A stretch of DNA of 64,000 bases, from assembly GCA_963751925.1 (NCBI GenBank), contig CAVVWJ010000002.1, positions 1,702,560 to 1,766,559 on the forward strand, written 5' to 3'. A program made the position numbers and the translations under genes. Below are positions 31,717-40,570 of this stretch, piece by piece (position 1 is the stretch's first letter; every line of letters starts with the position of its first letter). This DNA comes from an uncultured Gemmatimonadales bacterium (GTDB lineage: Bacteria; Gemmatimonadota; Gemmatimonadetes; Gemmatimonadales; GWC2-71-9). Under the pieces are notes generated by a model that worked only from the letters and a program-made list of their open reading frames with translations, searched no databases and was not told the origin of the DNA.

Positions 31717-33008
31717 GGCTGCTCGTCGTTGGTGGGGGAGGGAGAGAGCATGCGCTGTGTTGGGCGCTCCGACGCGAGAACCCGGATGCCACCCTCTACT
31801 GCGCACCAGGAAACCCGGGTACCGCTGACCTAGCCGAGAACCTGGCGATTGCCTCAGACGACCTCGATCGCCTGGCGGACGCAGCGGACATGCACGGCAT
31901 CGATCTGAGCATCATTGGACCGGAGGCCCCGCTGGCGCAGGGCCTCGCCGATCGGCTCCGGGCGGAAGGACGGGCTGTTTTCGGTCCGAGCGCTGCTGCG
32001 GCGCAGATCGAAGCTTCGAAGGCTTTTGCCAAGGATGTGATGGCCGCAGCGGGAGTGCGAACCGCCGCGAGCGAAAGCTTTACCCGGCTGAGTGCCGCAC
32101 TGGAGTATATCGATCGGCAAACCGAGCCGCTGGTGGTGAAGGCGTCGGGCCTGGCGGCGGGGAAAGGAGTGGTCGTGTGCGCCACCCGGGGCGAGGCGGC
32201 GCGGGCCGCTCGGTCGATGCTCGAGGATGCTCAGTTCGGCGCTGCGGGACGGACGATAGTCATCGAAGCCTTCCTGAGCGGCGAAGAGATCTCGGTCATG
32301 GCGTTGACGGATGGCCGCGACGTCGAGCTGCTACCAGTCGCCCAGGATCATAAGCGGCTGGAGGAGGGTGACCGCGGCCCCAACACCGGCGGCATGGGAG
32401 CCTACAGTCCCGTTGCTCTAGCCACCTCGGGGCTGCTCGAGCGGGTGAAGCGCGAAGTATTCCACCCTACCCTGCAGGAGATGCAGCGCCGGCGAACACC
32501 GTTCTCAGGCGTACTCTACGCTGGTCTCATGATCGACAACGCGGGCCTGCCTTCAGTGGTGGAGTTCAACTGCCGCCTGGGCGACCCTGAGGCGCAGGTG
32601 GCACTACCGTTGGTACGCGGCGGACTCACGGATGCCCTGTGGAGTGTCGGTCACGGCACGGCTCCCTCTCCGGTTGAGACGTCCACTGATTCTGCTGTGA
32701 CCACGGTGCTGGCATCACGAGGGTACCCAGACAAGCCAGAGATGGGAGCCCCGATCGTGGTTCCAGCACGCCTGCCCCAGGGAGTGACGATCTTCCACGC
32801 CGGCACCGCGCGGGAGGCAGATGGTACGCTGCGGGTGAATGGTGGACGAGTGCTGACCGCCACCGCAGTGGCGCCAGAGTTCCGAGAAGCTCAACGCCTC
32901 AGCCGCCTGGCGGCGGATTTGGTTCAGTTCGACGGGAAAGTCTATCGGCCGGATATCGGCTGGCGAGAGGCCTCGCGCCAGGAAGAACGGCTCCAACGCG
33001 CTTTCTAG
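31713..33008 (+). CDS. purD: Phosphoribosylamine--glycine ligase PurD
   Basis: MRLLVVGGGGREHAL, LVVKASGLAAGKGV, EFNCRLGDPE. GTGA overlap with the upstream stop. Confidence 0.95.
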   Translation: MRLLVVGGGGREHALCWALRRENPDATLYCAPGNPGTADLAENLAIASDDLDRLADAADMHGIDLSIIGPEAPLAQGLADRLRAEGRAVFGPSAAAAQIEASKAFAKDVMAAAGVRTAASESFTRLSAALEYIDRQTEPLVVKASGLAAGKGVVVCATRGEAARAARSMLEDAQFGAAGRTIVIEAFLSGEEISVMALTDGRDVELLPVAQDHKRLEEGDRGPNTGGMGAYSPVALATSGLLERVKREVFHPTLQEMQRRRTPFSGVLYAGLMIDNAGLPSVVEFNCRLGDPEAQVALPLVRGGLTDALWSVGHGTAPSPVETSTDSAVTTVLASRGYPDKPEMGAPIVVPARLPQGVTIFHAGTAREADGTLRVNGGRVLTATAVAPEFREAQRLSRLAADLVQFDGKVYRPDIGWREASRQEERLQRAF

Positions 33009-33075
33009 TCACCCTGTCACTGCAGCATTCATGGGCTTGAAAGGAACGATTACCGTCACACTGTGACGGCTCTGG

Positions 33076-33903
33076 ATGCCTGAGCTCCCCGAAGTCGAGA
33101 CCATTGTTCGAGATCTCCGCCCCGCACTCGTCGGCCGCCGAATCGTGCGGGCGTCCCTCAGCCACGATGACGTTCTGCGAGGTGTAACTCGCCGGAAGCT
33201 GATCCGCAGGCTGACGGGCTCGAAGATCGTTCGGTTATCCCGCCGGGCCAAGCATGCCGTGCTGGATCTCGATTCAGCGTACCATTTCGTTATTCAGCCG
33301 GGTATGACCGGCTCCCTGCAGGTTCACCGGCACACCCTCAAGCCGGATGAAGCCAAATACGCCGTCCTCCGAGCCGACCTCGACAACGGGCAGGAACTGG
33401 TCTATCGCGACGTGCGCCGTCTCGGGACGTTGCTGCTGCTGAACGACAGGGAGTGGGCTCGGTACACCACCGCGCTCGGCCCCGAGCCGCTCGAAGACGG
33501 GTTCACTCCGGAAGTGCTCGGCGCCCTCCTCGGGCGGAGCCGACAGGCGGTAAAGAAGGTCATCATGGACCAGCGGCACCTCGTGGGAGTAGGAAACATC
33601 TACGCCAACGAGGCGCTCTTCGCCGCCGGGATCGACCCATCCAAGCCGGCGAACAAAGTAGGTGAGAACGAATACCGGCGGCTGCATGCCGAGATCCGCC
33701 GCATTCTGAATGCAGCGATCGTCTCGAACGGGACGACGTTTCGCGACTATCGCACCGGCACCGGCGAGGCAGGAAACTTTCAACTGGAGCTGATGGTGTA
33801 CGGCCGGGAAGGTGAGCGCTGCAGGATTTGCGGCACCCGGCTGACGGGAACCCATCTCATCGACGGCCGCACCTCCGTCTTCTGCCATCACTGCCAGAGA
33901 TGA
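33076..33903 (+). CDS. mutM: Formamidopyrimidine-DNA glycosylase MutM/Fpg
   Basis: MPELPEVET N-terminus. C-terminal zinc finger CRICGTRL...VFCHHCQ. Confidence 0.95.
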   Translation: MPELPEVETIVRDLRPALVGRRIVRASLSHDDVLRGVTRRKLIRRLTGSKIVRLSRRAKHAVLDLDSAYHFVIQPGMTGSLQVHRHTLKPDEAKYAVLRADLDNGQELVYRDVRRLGTLLLLNDREWARYTTALGPEPLEDGFTPEVLGALLGRSRQAVKKVIMDQRHLVGVGNIYANEALFAAGIDPSKPANKVGENEYRRLHAEIRRILNAAIVSNGTTFRDYRTGTGEAGNFQLELMVYGREGERCRICGTRLTGTHLIDGRTSVFCHHCQR

Positions 33904-35000
33904 GCCGAAGCCGAGCTCAGCGGTCTGTCCCTCTTCCCTGCACCGATCTGGACCAGCTGCTCCAACGCGTACGGGCTCTGGCTGAGAATCGTCCGGCAGT
34001 GTACCGGATGTTCGATGCCACCGGAAAAGTACTCTACGTCGGAAAGGCCAAGCGGCTTCGGACCCGGCTGCTCAGCTACTTCAGAGCACGCTTCCCGGAC
34101 GACAAGGCCGCTCGGATCCTCTACGCTGCGAGCGAAATCCGCTGGGATTACGCTCCCAGCGAGTTTGCCGCCTATCTGGGAGAGCTCCGGCAGATTCGCA
34201 AGCTCCGCCCGTATTTCAACCATAAAGGCAACCGCACACGGCGCTCGGTTCTCATCAAGGTGGCCGGTGGGCCGGCACCCAGAGTGTACGGCGGAGGCAG
34301 TGTCGGCCGTGATGACGTGCGGTGTTACGGTCCCTTTCAGTCTATGGGGCGGACCGAGGAAGCCGTGCGGACGCTCAATGACCTGTTGGGGCTGCGTGAC
34401 TGCGCCGCCACCATGCCAGTGGTCTTTGCCGGACAGGGAGATCTGTTCGAGGAGCCGCGGCAGGCCGGGTGCATGCGGCACGACTTCGGATTCTGCACCG
34501 GTCCGTGTGCCGGACTGGTGACGGAACGGGAGTACCGGAAGCGAGTAGAAACTGCGATGGCGTTCCTGGAAGGACGCACCATCCAGCCGATCGATCGCGT
34601 GGTTTCGGCCATGCAGGAAGCCGCGGGGGCAGGTCGCTTCGAGGCAGCCGCTCGATGGCGGGAAAAGTTCGAGCAGCTCGAGTGGTTGCTGGCGGCAACC
34701 AGCAGGGCCCGTACTGCCATCGACCTGCTCACCTTCGTCTACCGGGACACCGGGGATTTCGGTGACGATCGGGTCTACATCATGAGACAAGGGGTCGTTC
34801 GGGCATCGTTTCCTTATCCCGCTACCCCAATCGAGCATGAGGCGTTCCGGGCCGTAGTTGCACAAGAGGTGCAACAGCCAGCGGCCGCTCCGGGTCCGCT
34901 GCCGCTCGACTCGATCGACGAAGTCCTGCTGGTGATGTCCTGGTTTCGAGCCCATCCAGAGGCACTACGACGAACAACCCCATACGATCAGTGGATGTGA
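33900..35000 (+). CDS. UvrC-N-terminal-half homologue (Cho-like GIY-YIG endonuclease)
   Basis: GIY-YIG: VYRMFDATGKVLYVGKAKRLRTRLLSYF. Cys-rich CMRHDFGFCTGPC. UVR-like RFEAAARWREKFEQLEWL. No RNase-H/HhH C-terminal half (366 aa). ATGA overlap with the mutM stop. Confidence 0.65.
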   Translation: MSRSRAQRSVPLPCTDLDQLLQRVRALAENRPAVYRMFDATGKVLYVGKAKRLRTRLLSYFRARFPDDKAARILYAASEIRWDYAPSEFAAYLGELRQIRKLRPYFNHKGNRTRRSVLIKVAGGPAPRVYGGGSVGRDDVRCYGPFQSMGRTEEAVRTLNDLLGLRDCAATMPVVFAGQGDLFEEPRQAGCMRHDFGFCTGPCAGLVTEREYRKRVETAMAFLEGRTIQPIDRVVSAMQEAAGAGRFEAAARWREKFEQLEWLLAATSRARTAIDLLTFVYRDTGDFGDDRVYIMRQGVVRASFPYPATPIEHEAFRAVVAQEVQQPAAAPGPLPLDSIDEVLLVMSWFRAHPEALRRTTPYDQWM

Positions 35001-35029
35001 GGCACTACCAACTGAGCGAATATCTTTGC

Positions 35030-35656
35030 TTACCTGATCGAAGCCCAGAGCGAGGGGGTTCGCTCGACTTCGACTGCTGACGGGATCCCCTTCACCACTG
35101 GCCAGGCAAACCATCCCTGAGGAGCATTGTCGTAGACCCTGAACGCGATCCGCGGCGGCCGGTCCGCTTCCTCCAGCCAGGACGGATCCAATCTCAGCAG
35201 TATGGTCCACGCGTTCGTCTCGTCAGCAGCACTGATCTCCCATCCACCGCCACTTCGTGCCGAACCTAATCGCCAATCGGGATCTCCTCTCGGCGGCTCC
35301 CACCGCCCGTTGCGCCCGCGGAATACGATGCTGCTGTCGATCAGCCGCCTGAAACACCATTGGAAGTCATCATGATCCGGGGCCGCCGAGCCGTCGCCAT
35401 GGGTATCCAGGCTCATCACCAGCTCATCAGCCCAGGATTGGGTCGAGTCCTGAATGCGGGCGGCAACGAAGAGCGTATCACTGGCCCGGAGCAGCCAGAG
35501 CGATGCCACGCCCTGACGGGTGCGGAGCAAGACCTGAGGCGCGCCCAGAGTGGTCGTGTCGATCGCCTGACTGGCTGAAGGAGGACGCGCGAGTGGCTTG
35601 ATCTTCAAGGTATCGGGAGATGAGTGCTGCATCAAAGAAAGAATCGCGAACAGCAC
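35030..35656 (-). CDS. Hypothetical secreted protein (possibly CBM9/DOMON-like fold)
   Basis: Open frame with good codon bias and an N-terminal hydrophobic segment. The family guess is weak. Confidence 0.4.
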   Translation of the reverse strand: MLFAILSLMQHSSPDTLKIKPLARPPSASQAIDTTTLGAPQVLLRTRQGVASLWLLRASDTLFVAARIQDSTQSWADELVMSLDTHGDGSAAPDHDDFQWCFRRLIDSSIVFRGRNGRWEPPRGDPDWRLGSARSGGGWEISAADETNAWTILLRLDPSWLEEADRPPRIAFRVYDNAPQGWFAWPVVKGIPSAVEVERTPSLWASIR

Positions 35657-35659
35657 GCG

Positions 35660-36151
35660 TTACTCGGCGTCGAACTCGAGGAGCGGCACCAGGCGGCCAC
35701 GCGGAGGTATCCCGGGCTCCAGCTCCAGGATCCCAACTGAGGGAGGGAGACTGAATCGCCGAGGGCCCGCACTGCCCGGATTCATCACTGTAACGACGAC
35801 ATCGACGATGGTGAGCAACGGCCGGTGCGTGTGCCCATAAATGATGATTTGGGCCTCGGGAAATGCCCGGTTGAGCGCGTCGGGTGTGGGAGATCCGAGC
35901 TGGTCTCCGTGAGTCACGACGATGTCGAAACCATCGAGCTGCAGCGCCGCCACCTGCGGCAGTTGCGCTCTGACATCTCCCCCATCGGTGTTGCCGTACA
36001 CCGCAGCGACCGGCGCGAGAGCCTCCAGCTCAGTGAGAAGGTCGAGCGGCCCCACATCCCCCGCGTGGAGGATGTGATCCACCTTTTCGAACGCCTTGAA
36101 TACTTCCGGCCGCAACAAGCCGTGAGTATCGGAGATCACGCCCAGGCGCAT
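35660..36151 (-). CDS. YfcE/MJ0936-family metallophosphoesterase
   Basis: MRLGVISDTHG, HAGDV, GNTD, VTHGD, GHTH. Confidence 0.85.
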   Translation of the reverse strand: MRLGVISDTHGLLRPEVFKAFEKVDHILHAGDVGPLDLLTELEALAPVAAVYGNTDGGDVRAQLPQVAALQLDGFDIVVTHGDQLGSPTPDALNRAFPEAQIIIYGHTHRPLLTIVDVVVTVMNPGSAGPRRFSLPPSVGILELEPGIPPRGRLVPLLEFDAE

Positions 36152-37392
36152 CAGCGAGATCCGGCACTGATGCGAGCGGTGGCAGCCGAACTGTTCACCT
36201 TCTCGATCAGAGTCGAGAATGCGCCGAGCAGCTCACTTGCCTCGAAGGAGCAGTGTCCGAACCTCGGGATCGCGACCTGGGTCAGCAGCGCGGACCGGCC
36301 GGCGCTACCTACCTTCGCTGCATAGAGCGCTTCCTGCTCGAAGGGGACGATCGGATCAGCGATCGTGTGCAGGGTGACAATCGGTACGTCGATTTGCCCC
36401 GAACTCTGAAGCTCGGCCATGCCTGTGAGTGCGGCGGGATCTGCGCTGAAGCGCTCGATCCCGGCGTTCAAGGCGGTATCGTCGGCTGACCCCGAATACA
36501 CCCGGTCGGTGTTGTCGAAGGGCTGACCGCCCAACCTGCTCCGTGCATCGGTGCTGCCGTAGATGTTGTACCAGAGCAGACCGAGGGCCGTCTCCACAAT
36601 CGATTCAATGGCATCGTCAGCGACGGGCGTGCCGGTGATGCTCACCAGCTGACGGGCTCCGGCAGGATCGGCCGCAAGAGCAAGGGAGACGGCAGGGACG
36701 TAGGTCGAGCTCCAGCCGCTCCGCACCGATTCAGGAACGTCAATGGGTGAGCCGGGGATGACGCCGGGAAACAGGTAGTCGAAGACCACGCGGAAGTTGA
36801 CGAAGTGATCCAGCTGGCTCCGGATGTCACCCACCGGTCCACATGCCGCCAGAGCCCCATCGAAGAGATCCTGATGCTGTTCGGCGGCGAGCGTGGCCAC
36901 AAGACCGCCTTCCGAGATACCGACCAGCAAGGTCTTTCCCGGATCCGGCCGGTAGAGCCGGCGCACCGTGGCCTCGAGCTCCACCAGGTCCTCTTTCGCC
37001 TCAGCGGCAACCAGTCCGTTGGCTCGGTAGCTGGTCGTGGCAAAGGCATAGCCGAGTCCATTCACGGCCGCGGAAATGCTTTGGCCACCGATCTGGTCAT
37101 CTGGCAGTGCGATGGGATTCCCTGGTGCGACATAGCCGTGCGCATATATGGCCAGGTCCCCGTTCCAGGTCGCCGGAAAGCAGATGCGGTAGAGAGCCCC
37201 GTGTTCGAGTACGCCATCTTTGCACCCGGCAACCGGGGTCTGTCCTTCATCGACCGGTGGCTCCGGGCCGGCCGGCGCATCGCTGCCTCCACCGCAAGAG
37301 AGCAACGCAGCGGCAACAAAAGCGAGAACGGCGCCCGAACAGGGGCGCCGTAGCCGGTCGAAAACCGGAATCACTGCGGGTCTCCTCCCCAT
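36151..37392 (-). CDS. Alpha/beta-hydrolase-like lipoprotein
   Basis: Lipobox AALLSCGG. Nucleophile elbow GISEGG. C-terminal GHCSF. Confidence 0.55.
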   Translation of the reverse strand: MGRRPAVIPVFDRLRRPCSGAVLAFVAAALLSCGGGSDAPAGPEPPVDEGQTPVAGCKDGVLEHGALYRICFPATWNGDLAIYAHGYVAPGNPIALPDDQIGGQSISAAVNGLGYAFATTSYRANGLVAAEAKEDLVELEATVRRLYRPDPGKTLLVGISEGGLVATLAAEQHQDLFDGALAACGPVGDIRSQLDHFVNFRVVFDYLFPGVIPGSPIDVPESVRSGWSSTYVPAVSLALAADPAGARQLVSITGTPVADDAIESIVETALGLLWYNIYGSTDARSRLGGQPFDNTDRVYSGSADDTALNAGIERFSADPAALTGMAELQSSGQIDVPIVTLHTIADPIVPFEQEALYAAKVGSAGRSALLTQVAIPRFGHCSFEASELLGAFSTLIEKVNSSAATARISAGSR

Positions 37393-37964
37393 CGGCGTGC
37401 TATTTCTATCTCTATCCCCAGCTGGTCGAGGATTCGCTGTACCAGGAAATCTACCAGTTCGGCGATTCGAGAGGGGCGATGGTAGAAGCCGGGAGAAGCT
37501 GGGACGACGACGGCACCGGCCTCGGTCACTGCAACCAGATTGCGCAGGTGCACCAGGGAAAGCGGTGCCTCCCGAGGCACCAACACCAGCTTCCGCCTTT
37601 CCTTCAGCGTTACGTCTGCGGCTCGCTCGACCAGCGAGCGACTGGTTCCTGCTGCAATCGCCGCGACCGTGCCCATGGAGCAGGGACAGATCACCATCCC
37701 GGTGGTGCGTCGCGAGCCGGACGCCGGCAGGGCGCCACGGTCTTCATCTGAAAAAGCCACGACCGAGCTCCAGTCTCCTCCGGTTTCCTGGCGCAGCTTC
37801 TCAATGGTATCGATCCCACACTCCTCCTTGAGGAGCCGCATGCCATGGCTGGAGGCGATCAGCCACACCGGAACCTTACGGGTGGCGAGTACCTCGAGCA
37901 GGCGCACGCCGTAGGGGGCCCCCGACGCGCCGGTGAGCGCCAGGACGACCGGATGAGTGATCAC
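37371..37964 (-). CDS. ubiX: Flavin prenyltransferase UbiX
   Basis: VLALTGASGAPYGVRLLEVL, MVICPCSMGT, VLVPREAPLS. Confidence 0.9.
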   Translation of the reverse strand: MITHPVVLALTGASGAPYGVRLLEVLATRKVPVWLIASSHGMRLLKEECGIDTIEKLRQETGGDWSSVVAFSDEDRGALPASGSRRTTGMVICPCSMGTVAAIAAGTSRSLVERAADVTLKERRKLVLVPREAPLSLVHLRNLVAVTEAGAVVVPASPGFYHRPSRIAELVDFLVQRILDQLGIEIEIARRWGGDPQ

Positions 37965-38002
37965 CTATATCCGAGCTTTGGGATCGTTTGAACGAAGGTA
38001 GC

Positions 38003-38962
38003 TCAAGAGGATCCGGTGATCCGATCGAGCAACGCGAAGGCGAACACCGTCACCGACATGACCCCGTTCATCGTGAAGAACGCAGCATCTACCCGAGACA
38101 GGTCACCAGGGCGCACCAGGTGGTGTTCATAGGCGAGAATGGCTGTGGCCACCACCAGCCCGGAATAGTAGACGATGCCGAAGCCAGCGCCGTACCCGAA
38201 CAGGGCGAGTGCCGGGATGGTGATCCCGTGAAGCAGCTTGGCGAGTTGGATGGCGCGAGTCTCTCCCAGCTTCACCACGGCGCTACGAAGACCCTCCGCG
38301 GTGTCGAACCCGACATCCGGCAGGGCGTAGAAAATGTCGAACCCTGCCACCCAGGTTGCGACTGCCAATGTTATCGCGAGCAGCACCCAGGGTGGATCAC
38401 TCCAGGCGCCGGTGATCGCCAGGTACCCGCCCACCGGTGCAATGGCGAGACTAACGCCCAACCACAAGTGAGGCCACCAAGTGAACCGCTTCGACAGGCT
38501 GTACAAGAAGATCCAGCTCAGAGCGATCGGGCTGAGCGCCAGACAGAGCGGATTCAACAGATCGGCTGAGGCGAGGAATATCCCGGCGGCGATGATCACG
38601 GATATCCAGGCCTGCGCCAGCGACAGCCGCCCACCCGGCAGCTCCCGATTCAACGTGCGCGGATTCCTGGCATCGTAGTGCCGGTCTGCAATGCGATTGA
38701 ACCCCATCGCTGCCCAGCGAGCGGCAGAAAAGGCGAGCACGACCAGCGCGACGGCACGTGGAGTCACCCGGGTCATCCGGGATGCAGCCAGGACGCCGAG
38801 AAGCGCGAACGGCAAGGCGAAAAGGGTGTGCGGTAGCTTGACGAAGTTGACGTACCGGACGAGAAGCGACTCACCCGCGAACGTCTGGGCTTCGCGAGGG
38901 GGTAGAGCCTGCCCCGAGCCTTGCGAGGGTGCGGCAGGACGGGAAGGCAGTAAGTCACTCAT
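38003..38962 (-). CDS. ubiA: UbiA-family aromatic prenyltransferase
   Basis: About 8 TM helices. Asp-rich motif NRIADRHYDARNPRT. ATGA overlap with the ubiD stop. Confidence 0.8.
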   Translation of the reverse strand: MSDLLPSRPAAPSQGSGQALPPREAQTFAGESLLVRYVNFVKLPHTLFALPFALLGVLAASRMTRVTPRAVALVVLAFSAARWAAMGFNRIADRHYDARNPRTLNRELPGGRLSLAQAWISVIIAAGIFLASADLLNPLCLALSPIALSWIFLYSLSKRFTWWPHLWLGVSLAIAPVGGYLAITGAWSDPPWVLLAITLAVATWVAGFDIFYALPDVGFDTAEGLRSAVVKLGETRAIQLAKLLHGITIPALALFGYGAGFGIVYYSGLVVATAILAYEHHLVRPGDLSRVDAAFFTMNGVMSVTVFAFALLDRITGSS

Positions 38963-40482
38963 CGCCCGCGTCCTGGTACTGCCTTACCGCCTTCCCGCCT
39001 TTCCGCCAGCCCGATTCCAAGCTTATCCCACATCTCATCCACCCTCCTCTTAGTCTCCGCATCCATGGTGATCAGCTCGGGCCACTCCCGGTCGAACCCT
39101 TCCTCTTTCCATTTCCGGGTGGCGTCGATTCCCATCTTGCTGCCATAGGTGAAGGCACGGCTGGAGTGGTCGAGCACGTCAATTGGCCCCATGGTGAACC
39201 GCACGTCTCGCTCGGGGTCGATGTTGTTGAGGGCGACCCACCAGGCTTCGTCAGGGTCGCGGACGTTGACCTCCTTGTCCACCACCACGAGCACCTTGGC
39301 CAGCGACATCAGCCCCTGGCCCCAGAGCGCATTCATCACCTTGTAGGCCTGGCCCGGGTACTGCTTGTCGATCGACACGAAGACCAGGTTATGAAAGATG
39401 CCCGGAGCCGGCATATGGTAGTCCACGATCTCCGGCACAGTGAGCTTGAGCAGCGGAAGAAAAATGCGCTCGGTGGCGTGCCCTAGATAGAAGTCCTCCA
39501 TGGGCGGCCGGCCAACCAGAGTCGCCGGGTAGATCGGATCGCGACGGGAGGTCACTGCCGTGACATGGACCTTAGGATACAAATCCGCCAGGGAATAGAA
39601 TCCGGTGTGGTCGCCGAATGGCCCTTCCATGACCAGCGGCTCGGCGGGATCGATGTACCCCTCTAGCACCATCTCCGCCTCGGCCGGCACATCGAGGTCA
39701 CAGGTGACCGCGGGCGCAAGCTCGACCGGCGCTCGTCTGAGAAAACCGGCAAAGAGAAATTCGTCGATAGTGGGCGGCAGTGGGGCAGAGCCGGAATAGA
39801 TGCTGGCTGGGTCGCCACCCAAGGCGATTACGACCGGCATTCGTTCGCCCCTTGCCGCCATCTCGCGCCAGTGGGCGGCACCGACCTTGTGTCGCTGCCA
39901 GTGCATCGCGAGCGTGTTCCGGCCGAGGACCTGGACCCGGTACATGCCGACGTTCCGAATCCCTCGAGCAGGATCGGTGGTGATCACCATCGGCAGGGTG
40001 ATATATCGACCACCGTCGCCCGGCCAGGTCGTTAGAAACGGAATCTCGTCCAGGTTCACCGCGTCACCCCGGTGCACCAGCTCCTGACATGGAGGCCGGC
40101 CGCTCTTCACCTTGGGCGGAAACTTCCCAATCTCAGCCAGCTTCGGCAGCATGGCGAGTTTGGCAAAGAGTCCTTCCGGCACCTTGAGATTCAGCATCTC
40201 AGAAATCCGGCCACCCACTTCGTCCAGGTCCCCGACATCCAGCGCCAAACACATCCGGCGCATCGATCCGAACAGGTTGATCGCGACGGGCTGGGTGCTC
40301 CGGCTCCCGTTCTCCAGGAGGACGTGATCGAAGAGAAGCGCCGGACCTCCGCCAGGACTCTTCATGACCCGGTCGGCTATCTCCGAAATTTCGAGGCGCG
40401 CCTTGACGGGATGGCGCACCCGGACGAGCTCGCCGATGCCGTCAATCGCCTTGATGAAGTCGCGGAGGTTATCTAGCGGCAT
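38959..40482 (-). CDS. ubiD: UbiD-family (prenyl-FMN dependent) decarboxylase
   Basis: MPLDNLRDFIKAI..., YRVQVLGRNTLAMHWQRHK, GPFGDHTGFY. Start set to ATG 40482. Confidence 0.85.
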   Translation of the reverse strand: MPLDNLRDFIKAIDGIGELVRVRHPVKARLEISEIADRVMKSPGGGPALLFDHVLLENGSRSTQPVAINLFGSMRRMCLALDVGDLDEVGGRISEMLNLKVPEGLFAKLAMLPKLAEIGKFPPKVKSGRPPCQELVHRGDAVNLDEIPFLTTWPGDGGRYITLPMVITTDPARGIRNVGMYRVQVLGRNTLAMHWQRHKVGAAHWREMAARGERMPVVIALGGDPASIYSGSAPLPPTIDEFLFAGFLRRAPVELAPAVTCDLDVPAEAEMVLEGYIDPAEPLVMEGPFGDHTGFYSLADLYPKVHVTAVTSRRDPIYPATLVGRPPMEDFYLGHATERIFLPLLKLTVPEIVDYHMPAPGIFHNLVFVSIDKQYPGQAYKVMNALWGQGLMSLAKVLVVVDKEVNVRDPDEAWWVALNNIDPERDVRFTMGPIDVLDHSSRAFTYGSKMGIDATRKWKEEGFDREWPELITMDAETKRRVDEMWDKLGIGLAERREGGKAVPGRGR

Positions 40483-40495
40483 GGCTACACCAGCC

Positions 40496-40570
40496 GTCAA
40501 CAGTGAACAGTGAACCGTCAACGGGAGTTGAAACGACCCAGTCCTTCACCGTTTACCGTTCACTGTTGAC
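40496..40570. repeat. Heptad-built inverted repeat (GTSAACN x4 / TTYACYG x4) at the ubiE-ubiD junction
   Basis: 13-bp perfect arms GTCAACAGTGAAC (40496-40508) and GTTCACTGTTGAC (40558-40570). Each arm consists of tandem 7-mers. The right arm encodes the last residues of UbiE (..STVNGKR*). Confidence 0.75.
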
